A model generated the notes under the pieces. It was not told the DNA's origin. It saw only the letters and a program-made list of their open reading frames with translations, and ran no database searches. A program made the translations under genes and the position numbers. DNA of 10,859 nt from Candidatus Thorarchaeota archaeon (lineage in GTDB: Archaea > Asgardarchaeota > Thorarchaeia > Thorarchaeales > Thorarchaeaceae). Of this stretch, positions 1-7,370 are shown in pieces (position 1 is the first letter of the stretch; every line of letters starts with the position of its first letter). The DNA is taken from contig JAOUFI010000076.1 in assembly GCA_029858305.1 (NCBI GenBank), forward strand, positions 1-10,859, in the 5' to 3' direction.

Positions 1-2
1 CA

Positions 3-1277
3 GACAACGCTACTATTGTGTCCAGTGATCTACCTTCAATCCTTCCGCTAACAAATCAAATCATCTATCTTGCAGATGGCGAGATGCTCTCCCTTACACA
101 TGATGAAGTAAAGGTCTTCAGAATCGAAGATGGAAAAGAACTCGAGCGAAAGCCTGAAGTTTCAAGAGTAGATGCAAAGACTGCTGAAAAGGGTGGCTTT
201 CCACATTTCATGCTAAAGGAAATTAACGAGCAACCGAAGGTAGTACATGACCTCATGGGGGTTCTTGAAAGCCAAAAGAATGAGAAATGGTTCAAACTTT
301 TCGAAGACTCTTCACGTCATTACCTTGTCGCGTGTGGGTCGTCGTATAATGCTAGTATTGTAGGTACTTACTACTTTAACAGACTCTCGGGGCTTCCAAT
401 TATCCATGCTCTAGGTGGTCAGTTTGAACAAATGTATGGAAATACGATGGAATCTGATAGTTTTAGTATACTTGTTTCGCAGAGTGGAGAAACAAAAGAT
501 ATTCTCAACGTTCTTGACATGATTTATGAGAATGATTATGGAAAGACATTAGGAATTGTAAATGTAATTGGCAGTACTCTCATGTTCAAAGCCAACTCTT
601 ATGTTCCCATGACCTGCGGATATGAAATTTCTGTACCTGCTACAAAGACTTACTACTCACAAGCAGTCATCTTTGCCTATTTAGCTGCAAAACTCGGAGA
701 AAGGAACGGACATCTAGATCCTTCCGAAGCCACCTCCTTTGTCAATCGACTCCGAACTGACCTGCCACGCTTAACCCAAACTACTATTGATAGAACTGGT
801 ATTCTTGCGAAAAATCTTGCCAAATCATTGATAGGTGTGAAGGACTTATACTGCTTAGGCTACGGATTCACTGATGGTGTTGCAAGAGAAGGAGCTCTGA
901 AGATCAAGGAAATATGCTATAATCACTGTGAAGGTATGTACTCTTCAGAATTCAAGCATGGCCCATTGAGCATTGTGACTGAAAGGTATCCTGTCATTTT
1001 CATCACAACAACAGAAGACAGTTGGATGGTTATTAATCACATCAATGAAGTGAAAGCAAGATCTGGTCGAACAATCATCGTTGGTGAACAGGAAGACACT
1101 CTGCTGCCCTATGTAGCCAATAATTGTGACTACCTTACCGTCCCCAAATCTGATGTGCTTTTGAATCCAATTTTAGATGTGATACCCCTGCAACTATTGA
1201 GCTATTTCCTCTCAGTAGATATTGGAATCAATCCTGATCTTCCAAGGAATCTATCAAAGACTTTGACCGTGGACTAA
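3..1277 (+). CDS. glmS: Glutamine-fructose-6-phosphate aminotransferase (isomerizing), 5'-truncated: end of glutaminase domain plus two SIS domains
   Basis: The frame is open from the window edge (GAC AAC GCT ACT ATT GTG TCC = DNATIVS), so GTG at 18 is not the real start. GlmS motifs: SSDLP..YLADGE, KGGFPHFMLKEINEQP, ACGSSYNA, SQSGET, EGALKIKEI, EFKHGP and C-terminal PRNLSKTLTVD (canonical PRNLAKSVTVE). Confidence 0.93.
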   Translation, partial: DNATIVSSDLPSILPLTNQIIYLADGEMLSLTHDEVKVFRIEDGKELERKPEVSRVDAKTAEKGGFPHFMLKEINEQPKVVHDLMGVLESQKNEKWFKLFEDSSRHYLVACGSSYNASIVGTYYFNRLSGLPIIHALGGQFEQMYGNTMESDSFSILVSQSGETKDILNVLDMIYENDYGKTLGIVNVIGSTLMFKANSYVPMTCGYEISVPATKTYYSQAVIFAYLAAKLGERNGHLDPSEATSFVNRLRTDLPRLTQTTIDRTGILAKNLAKSLIGVKDLYCLGYGFTDGVAREGALKIKEICYNHCEGMYSSEFKHGPLSIVTERYPVIFITTTEDSWMVINHINEVKARSGRTIIVGEQEDTLLPYVANNCDYLTVPKSDVLLNPILDVIPLQLLSYFLSVDIGINPDLPRNLSKTLTVD

Positions 1278-1286
1278 GAGTGGCGT

Positions 1287-1703
1287 CTACTCATTCTCAC
1301 CGCCAGATTCCCCAATGCGAATAGCTCTCATTTCAGAGGATATCACGGCGCCTGCATCAAAACCAGTTCTTATGTTGACAATGTCCTCTTCGGTGACTTC
1401 CATGATGCTCAGTAACTTATGTTCTTCATCGAGGACCCATTGTCCGTAGACATTAAGGCCATTTTCTGTTTCACATTCCAAGAGTCCCACAATGCCTGCA
1501 CTTGACCACCAGCTCAAGCAGGTAACTGGATGGTCAAGATCTTGCAGCATATCCGTCCAAAGCTGTTTCAGCCTTGTTGGACCATGTTTGTTGCGAAAAG
1601 CAATCAAGAAACTACCCTTCTTTCCCCTTAGTTCGTCTGCAATTCTTTTAGTTTCAAAATCCGAGAAGAGCTTCATGGCATTCAACAGGAGTTCTACATT
1701 CAA
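1287..1703 (-). CDS. Hypothetical protein, possibly ferredoxin-like (beta-alpha-beta-beta-alpha-beta) fold; likely true start is ATG at 1676 (129 aa)
   Basis: 138-codon ORF filling the gap between glmS (convergent) and the ATP-grasp gene (divergent), with globular composition. A minus-strand TATA-like CCTTTTATG at 1717-1709 lies too close to TTG 1703 but suits ATG 1676. Confidence 0.75.
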   Translation of the reverse strand: MNVELLLNAMKLFSDFETKRIADELRGKKGSFLIAFRNKHGPTRLKQLWTDMLQDLDHPVTCLSWWSSAGIVGLLECETENGLNVYGQWVLDEEHKLLSIMEVTEEDIVNIRTGFDAGAVISSEMRAIRIGESGGENE

Positions 1704-1720
1704 GAGAACATAAAAGGTCC
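1704..1720. promoter_or_regulatory. Putative archaeal BRE/TATA element between divergent genes, possibly bidirectional
   Basis: Plus strand reads GAGAACATAAAAGG and minus strand reads GGACCTTTTATG. The minus reading shares ACCTTTTA with the promoter candidate at 2701. Confidence 0.45.
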
Positions 1721-1754
1721 GCGTTAGGGATACTAGAGGATTGTTTTCAGGTGA

Positions 1755-2657
1755 TTGAAGATAATGAAGCGTATTTCTAGTATAGGTCTCTTTTCCTCTG
1801 ATCCATTTTCACATAGAGTAGAAACACTCGCAGTGGCATTTGACGCCCTTGGAGTGAAAGTCATCCGTGTTCTACCTTGGAAGGTTTCTAGATGGGGAGC
1901 TACAAAAACCCACCAGATTCTTCATAATGGATACGATTTAACGCAGATTGATACTCTCCTTGTACTCGATTTAGGTGCGCATGACATTGGGACTTTCTTC
2001 AATCGCGTAGGGGTGTTATCTGCCCTTACAGAACTTGGTGTTAATGTTGTAAACTCAGTATCTTCGATATTGCTTATGCGTAATAAGGCTGAAACAATGA
2101 GGAAACTAATCTCAGGAGGGCTTCCTGTCCCTAAGACTCTGATAACAGAGTCTATTGATGAAGCGTCAACATTTGTTCGTGAACATTTTCCTTGTGTGCT
2201 TAAGCCGATTACTGGATTTGGAGGTCTTGGAGTTCAGCTTATTGAGCGCGAGTTTGACTTAGAAAACATCCATGACTATTTGAAATTTCATAGTCAAATG
2301 TTTGGAAAGGGCGCTTATATTCTTCAGGAGTACATTAGAAGTCCAGGGTATGACATTCGGTCTTTAGTATTGAAAAACAATGTTATTGCCTCTATGCAAC
2401 GAGTCGGCGGCGAGGGTATAACTACCAATATTCATACAGGAGGAATTCCGCGAAAGAATCCTGAGGATGTCACCGAACTCTCTCTTCGCGTCGCTGAATC
2501 TGTAAAAGGCACGATTGTTGGCGTTGATATTATTCCGGATCAGGATCATCAGCTTTGGGTACTTGAAGCCAATGCAACACCCGGATGGAACGGTCTTCAA
2601 CAAGTCACAGACTATGATATCTCTATGAGAATTGCTGATGAGATCTCTAAAGTGTGA
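1755..2657 (+). CDS. RimK/LysX-family ATP-grasp alpha-L-glutamate ligase, MptN-like (tetrahydromethanopterin glutamylation) by inference; likely start ATG 1764
   Basis: ATP-grasp motifs: VVNS...NK, GLPVPKT, VLKPITGFGGLGV, ILQEYI, DIR, TNIHTGG, GVDII, VLEANATPGW. SD AGGTGA at 1749-1754 lies 9 nt before ATG 1764. Substrate (H4MPT, F420 or protein) cannot be fixed from motifs alone. Confidence 0.88.
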   Translation: MKIMKRISSIGLFSSDPFSHRVETLAVAFDALGVKVIRVLPWKVSRWGATKTHQILHNGYDLTQIDTLLVLDLGAHDIGTFFNRVGVLSALTELGVNVVNSVSSILLMRNKAETMRKLISGGLPVPKTLITESIDEASTFVREHFPCVLKPITGFGGLGVQLIEREFDLENIHDYLKFHSQMFGKGAYILQEYIRSPGYDIRSLVLKNNVIASMQRVGGEGITTNIHTGGIPRKNPEDVTELSLRVAESVKGTIVGVDIIPDQDHQLWVLEANATPGWNGLQQVTDYDISMRIADEISKV

Positions 2658-2695
2658 TTTAATGGCGTAAAGGCATCAAGGAATGCTGTTCCCAT

Positions 2696-2710
2696 GATAA
2701 ACCTTTTAAG
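2696..2710 (+). promoter_or_regulatory. Archaeal BRE-TATA promoter for the coiled-coil gene and downstream genes
   Basis: GATAAACCTTTTAAG: a purine-rich BRE-like segment followed by TTTTAAG. Standard archaeal spacing puts the start site near 2730-2735. Confidence 0.6.
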
Positions 2711-2733
2711 AGGGCTCCGGGCGAAATGACCTT

Positions 2734-2795
2734 GTTTACGTGCCATCTCGGAACTAAGTTTCGAGCATGAACGGAATCCGTCCTGCGTGCAGGGC
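2734..2795 (+). ncRNA. Candidate structured 5' leader or cis-regulatory RNA, family not recognised
   Basis: Hairpin CTCGGAAC-TAA-GTTTCGAG (2747-2765), extended by CGTG/CATG and GTT/AAC. Second hairpin GTCCTG-CGTG-CAGGGC (2780-2795). Hand count gives 50/90 G+C over 2711-2800, above the other intergenic regions. Confidence 0.4.
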
Positions 2796-2826
2796 TAGCA
2801 AAATGAAATTCTGAGGTCTACAGAGT

Positions 2827-3918
2827 TTGACAGAAGTCGCTGAAACGAATCTAGAGAATATTGAGTTCTTACGAGCCAAACTTCGAGAACTCAAGATACA
2901 ATCTAGAGATGAACTTGATGCACTCCGCCGCGATAGGGATCAAATGCGTGAGTATAAGCAAATCCGTGATGATCATAACAAAGAGGTAAAAGCCCTCATA
3001 GAGTCCGTGAAGGCTGAGCGTGAAGAAAGGGATCGTATCAATCAAGAGATCACGGATGCCAAGGAGAGAAGAAAAGCAATCCATTCTCAACTATCAAGCA
3101 TTTATGAGGAGATACGTGAACTCCGCAGCAATCTTGTTGGCAGTCCATCAACAGACCAACGCCATATGATGCGTCGCGTCGAAGAGTTAGAGTGGCGACA
3201 ACAAACAGAACAGCTCTCTCGGGATGAAGAGATTTCAATCGTTGAGGAAATTGCTCGAATAGAAGCTCAACTAGTCAAGATTGGTCAGGAGAAGGAGAAG
3301 CAGGATCGAATCAGTGAAGTACGCAGGCTAGCGAGGAAGCTCAAGGAAGAAGCATCTGAGGTTCATGAAAAGGTATTGACCCTTTCTGAAAAGTCACAAA
3401 TTCACCATCAGGAAGTTGTTAGAATAAGACCTCAACTGGAAGAATATAAGAAATCTGCTGATACTGCGCACAAAAACTTTGTAGAATGGCTAAAAAAGGT
3501 CAAAGAGGGCGAGACTCGACTTAAAGAGCACAGAACTCAGATTGAAGATATCCAAACAAAGCTTCGCAAACAGACTGTTGAAAAACGAGACGAAGAACGG
3601 GATGAGCAGCGACAGCATCAGAAAGCTCAGGAACGCGAACGTGTCGAGTCTGCTGTTGAAAAGCTCCAATCTGGAAAGAGGCTTACATTCGATGAGTTCA
3701 TTCTTGCACAAAGAACAGTAACTGACGACAAGAAGCGCTCTAAGAAAAAAGGACGCGCTGTCGAAAAAATGGATGAAAAAGAAGCGTCCACTACTGACAA
3801 AAAAACAGATACTGATTTTGAACCCGATGAAGAACTTGAAGCAATAATCGAGGAATCAAGAACTGACCTCTCAGAGCAGCATACAAAGAATTCCTCAGAC
3901 GAAACGAAAGAGGAATAA
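2827..3918 (+). CDS. Archaeal long coiled-coil protein (COG1340-like) with a charged, disordered C-terminal tail
   Basis: E/K/R/Q-rich heptad pattern with family-like motifs VEELEWRQQTEQLSRDEEISIVEEIARIE and AVEKLQSGKRLTFDEFILAQ. TTG start with SD GAGGT at 2813-2817. No Walker motifs. Confidence 0.85.
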   Translation: MTEVAETNLENIEFLRAKLRELKIQSRDELDALRRDRDQMREYKQIRDDHNKEVKALIESVKAEREERDRINQEITDAKERRKAIHSQLSSIYEEIRELRSNLVGSPSTDQRHMMRRVEELEWRQQTEQLSRDEEISIVEEIARIEAQLVKIGQEKEKQDRISEVRRLARKLKEEASEVHEKVLTLSEKSQIHHQEVVRIRPQLEEYKKSADTAHKNFVEWLKKVKEGETRLKEHRTQIEDIQTKLRKQTVEKRDEERDEQRQHQKAQERERVESAVEKLQSGKRLTFDEFILAQRTVTDDKKRSKKKGRAVEKMDEKEASTTDKKTDTDFEPDEELEAIIEESRTDLSEQHTKNSSDETKEE

Positions 3919-3970
3919 ATTCAAGTAAGTTTCTAGCTTCTCAGAAACCAATGAACAGAGGGGTCCAACA

Positions 3971-5230
3971 ATGAGTAGTCAGAGTCAGAGACCTGTAAGT
4001 CGTAGACCAACCTCTACCATCTTCTTCATACTGGCGATTGGTTCTGGCGTGATGAGGACTCTATCTGTTGTTTTTGATTACATTGCTCTTAATATTGTAA
4101 GTATAGATGCTATATCATTTGGATTCATGTCACAATGGGTCAGCTTTCTTACAACCGTAATCATTGTTGCAATAATCAGTATCAGGCGCGTTACTAATGG
4201 TCGAAGGCAATCAATTGGGTACAGCTTAGATCCAGATTTTGACAGGCTCAGACTATTACCGAAAAAACCGATGATTTACATAATCATTGCAGGTTTCTTT
4301 GCGGGAATTTCAACACTATCTTATTACATCTTAGTAGGCACAGCTGACGCCTCGGCTATGCTTCCATATGGCCAGCTTGTAATAATCTATCTTCTTCTGG
4401 GAGATCTACTAGCTGAGAAAGATTCACCGACAGTAATTGAGATACAATCTCTAGTATCAATCCTTTTTGGCGTTCTATTGATTGGAACAACTCCAATTGG
4501 ATTTGATTTACAAGCACTACTCATAGTTCTCGGTCCGATGAATCTATCCTCAGCAATGGTAACATACTATCAACGAAAAACAAAGAGGTTTGAAATTCGC
4601 CCCGGTCTTAGGGTTGACGCTTTGAATATGCGCCTCTGGAGTCTTCTTGTTCTGAATTCATCAATGAGTCTTCTCATGATACCAATACTGCCGCCAAATG
4701 CTTGGCAAGTGATGGCTGACAACCTTTTCCAGCTTTTCTGGATGATGGTTGGTTCTTCAGCTACAGCTTTCCTATCCATAGTCATGTACATTCGTGCTCT
4801 TGGAAAAGGCTCAATGGCTGTCGTAAACTCTCTCTCAGCAATTTCTGTCGTCTTGGGCATTCCAGTCACAATTATTGGTAATTTCTTTATCCCGGGAGGT
4901 TTTGGAGACCTAGGCGCGGATCCCTTTCTTTGGATTCTGAAGATACTGGGTATCTTACTTGTCATGATTGGTATCGTTGCTCTCCAAGCTTCAGATATCC
5001 GCTCAGTTGTTCTAATAAAAGTCAAGCCTTTGACTGGGGACCTTCTCCCTGCACTCTTTGCAGTCAAGGGTGTCGAGAAAGCTGCTGCACTTGCTGGAGG
5101 AATTGATTATTTACTTACAATTAAGAGTAGGAATTTGTCAAAGACGAGATCAATGATACTTGATAAAATACAGAAAATACAAGGAATTGATCATATCGAA
5201 ACATTAGTAGTGATTAGAGAATATAGATAG
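3971..5230 (+). CDS. EamA/DMT-superfamily transporter (about 10 TM) fused to a C-terminal Lrp/AsnC ligand-binding (RAM) domain
   Basis: Ten hydrophobic segments in two 5-TM repeats with DMT-like motifs (YIRALGKGSMAVVNSL, LLAEK, ILGILLVMIGIVAL). Residues about 343-419 (nt 4997-5230) read VVLIKVKP...VKGVEKAAALAGGIDYLLTIK...IQKIQGIDHIETLVV, the AsnC ligand-binding pattern. SD GAGGGG at 3958-3963. Confidence 0.85.
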   Translation: MSSQSQRPVSRRPTSTIFFILAIGSGVMRTLSVVFDYIALNIVSIDAISFGFMSQWVSFLTTVIIVAIISIRRVTNGRRQSIGYSLDPDFDRLRLLPKKPMIYIIIAGFFAGISTLSYYILVGTADASAMLPYGQLVIIYLLLGDLLAEKDSPTVIEIQSLVSILFGVLLIGTTPIGFDLQALLIVLGPMNLSSAMVTYYQRKTKRFEIRPGLRVDALNMRLWSLLVLNSSMSLLMIPILPPNAWQVMADNLFQLFWMMVGSSATAFLSIVMYIRALGKGSMAVVNSLSAISVVLGIPVTIIGNFFIPGGFGDLGADPFLWILKILGILLVMIGIVALQASDIRSVVLIKVKPLTGDLLPALFAVKGVEKAAALAGGIDYLLTIKSRNLSKTRSMILDKIQKIQGIDHIETLVVIREYR

Positions 5231-5240
5231 AAAGGAGAAA

Positions 5241-5498
5241 ATGAAAATGGCTGAATCGATACTAGCTTACATTCTCATGGAAATCGAGATTGGTATGACT
5301 GATCACGTAGTCGACCAGCTCAGGCACATAGAACAAGCGACAAGGATCAGTGTTACAACTGGGACATACGACATTGTAATGCTATTGGAATCTTCTAGTC
5401 TTGAGGAACTATACGAAATAACTGTTCATCGTATTCATAAGATTGCAGGTATCAAGCATACCTCTACCGCTGTGGTTGAGAAGATGATATCAGCTTAG
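5241..5498 (+). CDS. Stand-alone Lrp/AsnC ligand-binding (RAM) domain protein without an HTH; start may be ATG 5247
   Basis: AYILMEIEIG...VTTGTYDIVMLLE...IHKIAGIKHTSTAVV is the classic Lrp/AsnC C-terminal domain, and there is no room for a DNA-binding domain. SD AGGAG at 5233-5237, 10 nt intergenic gap after the transporter. Confidence 0.9.
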   Translation: MKMAESILAYILMEIEIGMTDHVVDQLRHIEQATRISVTTGTYDIVMLLESSSLEELYEITVHRIHKIAGIKHTSTAVVEKMISA

Positions 5499-5625
5499 GT
5501 TTGGCGTCAATGGTTTGTTTGTGTATCTTGATTTTCACATCCATTCAATCATATTTTTGTACTCCCGCGCACACAAATCCTTGGTGAACCTGAGCCTTAT
5601 CGATTCACATCTTTGATTACGGAAA

Positions 5626-6576
5626 GTGCGAAAATTGGACGAAGTAATTATCTCCGGATTAACCAAGAGATTCGATGATTTGACTGCTGTAGATCATATT
5701 GAATTAACTGTCCCTGAAGGTTCGATTTATGGACTTTTGGGGCCAAATGGCGCTGGGAAATCAACAACAATAAGACTCCTCTGTACACTTCTTCGACCAA
5801 ATGAAGGTACAGCAAAAGTTGGAGGGTATGATATTATTGAGTCACCAGTACAGGTACGTGAAATCACGGGTGTCTTGCCAGAAGAAGGGAATCATACGCT
5901 CTATCAGACAATGTCAGCGTATGAAAACTTGGAATACTTCGGTAATCTCTATGGTATTCCAAGGGACGAATTGCCTACAAGGATAGAGGAATTATTGACA
6001 TTTATGGATCTATGGGAAAGAAAGGATGATCCTGCAGGAGAACTGAGTACAGGGAATCGTCAGCGTTTGGCATTGTGTCGAGCACTGCTCCATCGCCCGA
6101 AGATTCTGCTTTTGGATGAGCCAACCTCTGCGCTTGATCCAGTTGCCGCAAAGAGAGTGAGAGAACTCATTCTTAGCCTTGCTGAAAAATACAAACAGAC
6201 CTTCTTCATAAATTCACATAATCTTGCTGAAGTACAGAGAATGTGTGACAGAATCGCAATCATTGATGAAGGGCAGATCCTTCTCAGCGGAGCTACTCAA
6301 GAACTTCGATCTCGATTACAAGCAAGCCAGAACTTTAGAATTCGTGTTGTCGATGATTTGGAAAACACACTTTCAATTTCGAAAGCGATGAATTTTGTCA
6401 AATCCGCTGAGAGAGAGGCTGATTCAATTCTGGTTACAATTGATGATCCACTCAAAAACAACACGACCCTCATGCAAGCACTCATCTCAAAGGGTATACA
6501 TATTATCGAGTTTGCAGAAGAAGAAGCTACTCTAGAAGATCTATATCTTGATGTCATCAAGGGAGGTGTAAAATAA
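5626..6576 (+). CDS. ABC transporter ATP-binding subunit (ABC-2/DrrA-type exporter)
   Basis: Walker A GPNGAGKST, signature LSTGNRQR, Walker B LLLDEPT, H-loop INSH, and a C-terminal extension ending ATLEDLYL typical of DrrA-like ATPases. Confidence 0.95.
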   Translation: MRKLDEVIISGLTKRFDDLTAVDHIELTVPEGSIYGLLGPNGAGKSTTIRLLCTLLRPNEGTAKVGGYDIIESPVQVREITGVLPEEGNHTLYQTMSAYENLEYFGNLYGIPRDELPTRIEELLTFMDLWERKDDPAGELSTGNRQRLALCRALLHRPKILLLDEPTSALDPVAAKRVRELILSLAEKYKQTFFINSHNLAEVQRMCDRIAIIDEGQILLSGATQELRSRLQASQNFRIRVVDDLENTLSISKAMNFVKSAEREADSILVTIDDPLKNNTTLMQALISKGIHIIEFAEEEATLEDLYLDVIKGGVK

Positions 6577-7331
6577 TGGCTCTACAAAAATCGATGCTCG
6601 TTGCCAGAGCTGACCTGAAGATGGCAATGAAAGTGAGTATGGTGAAATATGGTTTGATTTTAATAGCGGCATTTGGACCTGTGATGCTGATTGCAACAGT
6701 GTTGTTGATTGCTCTTACTGCTCCTACTGTTGCTGCTGCGACTTTAGCAATGATTGATCCGCTACTCTCTCCCATGGTCGGAATTATCGCAATTATCCCT
6801 GCATCATTAATCTCAGCAAATGCTCTTGTAGGAGAGCGTGAGCAGAACACTCTGGAGCCTCTACTCTGCACTCCACTTACTGACCGTGAACTCTTACTCG
6901 GTAAACTTCTTAGCTCCTTCATACCAAGTATAGCTCTATTATTGGGCTCGATTCTCATTACTGAGGTATCTACTATTTTCATCCTCGTGTCCGTGGGGTC
7001 CGAGATTGTCCTTGTACCGGGATTATCAAGTCTTTTCCTCCTACTCACGACAGGTCCCACGCTTATCCTTGCAATGGTATCAGTGATGATTCTAATCAGT
7101 GGCAGGGTCAAACGCGTCTATGAAGCATACCAGACATCAGGAGCAACTGTCATGCTCTTTATAATACCGATGCTTCTCCCGATGATCTCGATGGATACGA
7201 GTGGGAATGTAGATATGAACTTGGTCTGGTTCTCTAATTTTATCACGCTGTTGATAGCGATATTGCTTGCAATCGTCACTTGGGCTCTAGCAATTGGTAG
7301 ATTCAATCGTGATAAAATGGTATCAATGTAA
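6576..7331 (+). CDS. ABC-2 type transporter permease (about 6 TM)
   Basis: Motif ALVGEREQNTLEPLLCTPLTDRELLLGK plus six hydrophobic segments. Overlaps the ATPase stop by one base (TAATG), indicating translational coupling. Confidence 0.93.
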   Translation: MALQKSMLVARADLKMAMKVSMVKYGLILIAAFGPVMLIATVLLIALTAPTVAAATLAMIDPLLSPMVGIIAIIPASLISANALVGEREQNTLEPLLCTPLTDRELLLGKLLSSFIPSIALLLGSILITEVSTIFILVSVGSEIVLVPGLSSLFLLLTTGPTLILAMVSVMILISGRVKRVYEAYQTSGATVMLFIIPMLLPMISMDTSGNVDMNLVWFSNFITLLIAILLAIVTWALAIGRFNRDKMVSM

Positions 7332-7333
7332 GC

Positions 7334-7363
7334 AAAGAGGGTGTATAACCCTCTTTTTCTTTT
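7334..7363 (+). terminator. Hairpin plus T-tract terminator between convergent genes
   Basis: Perfect 9-bp inverted repeat AAAGAGGGT (7334-7342), loop GTATA, ACCCTCTTT (7348-7356), followed by TTCTTTT. Begins 2 nt after the permease stop. Confidence 0.75.
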
Positions 7364-7370
7364 ATAAATC

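Noticed and set aside
2655-2814. Selenocysteine readthrough of the ligase TGA with the downstream hairpins as a SECIS
   Set aside because: The ATP-grasp domain is complete at the TGA, readthrough adds only a short unremarkable peptide, a promoter lies between the stop and the hairpins, and I cannot build a proper SECIS core.
2766-2814. C/D-box sRNA (ATGAAC ... CTGA about 45 nt apart)
   Set aside because: Box C deviates from RUGAUGA, and the possible internal D'/C' boxes leave guide segments of the wrong length.
2827-3918. SMC/Rad50 ATPase or phosphoserine phosphatase call for the coiled-coil protein
   Set aside because: No Walker A/B, ABC signature, zinc hook or HAD DxD motif is present.
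3929-3948. Small hairpin GTTTCT...AGAAAC between the coiled-coil and DMT genes as a terminator
   Set aside because: The stem is short and AT-rich with no following T-tract. It could be chance or a processing site.
5241-5498. Lrp/AsnC transcription factor, or a pseudogene of one
   Set aside because: There is no HTH and no upstream HTH remnant, since the transporter ends 10 nt earlier. HTH-less Lrp-domain proteins are a known intact class in archaea.
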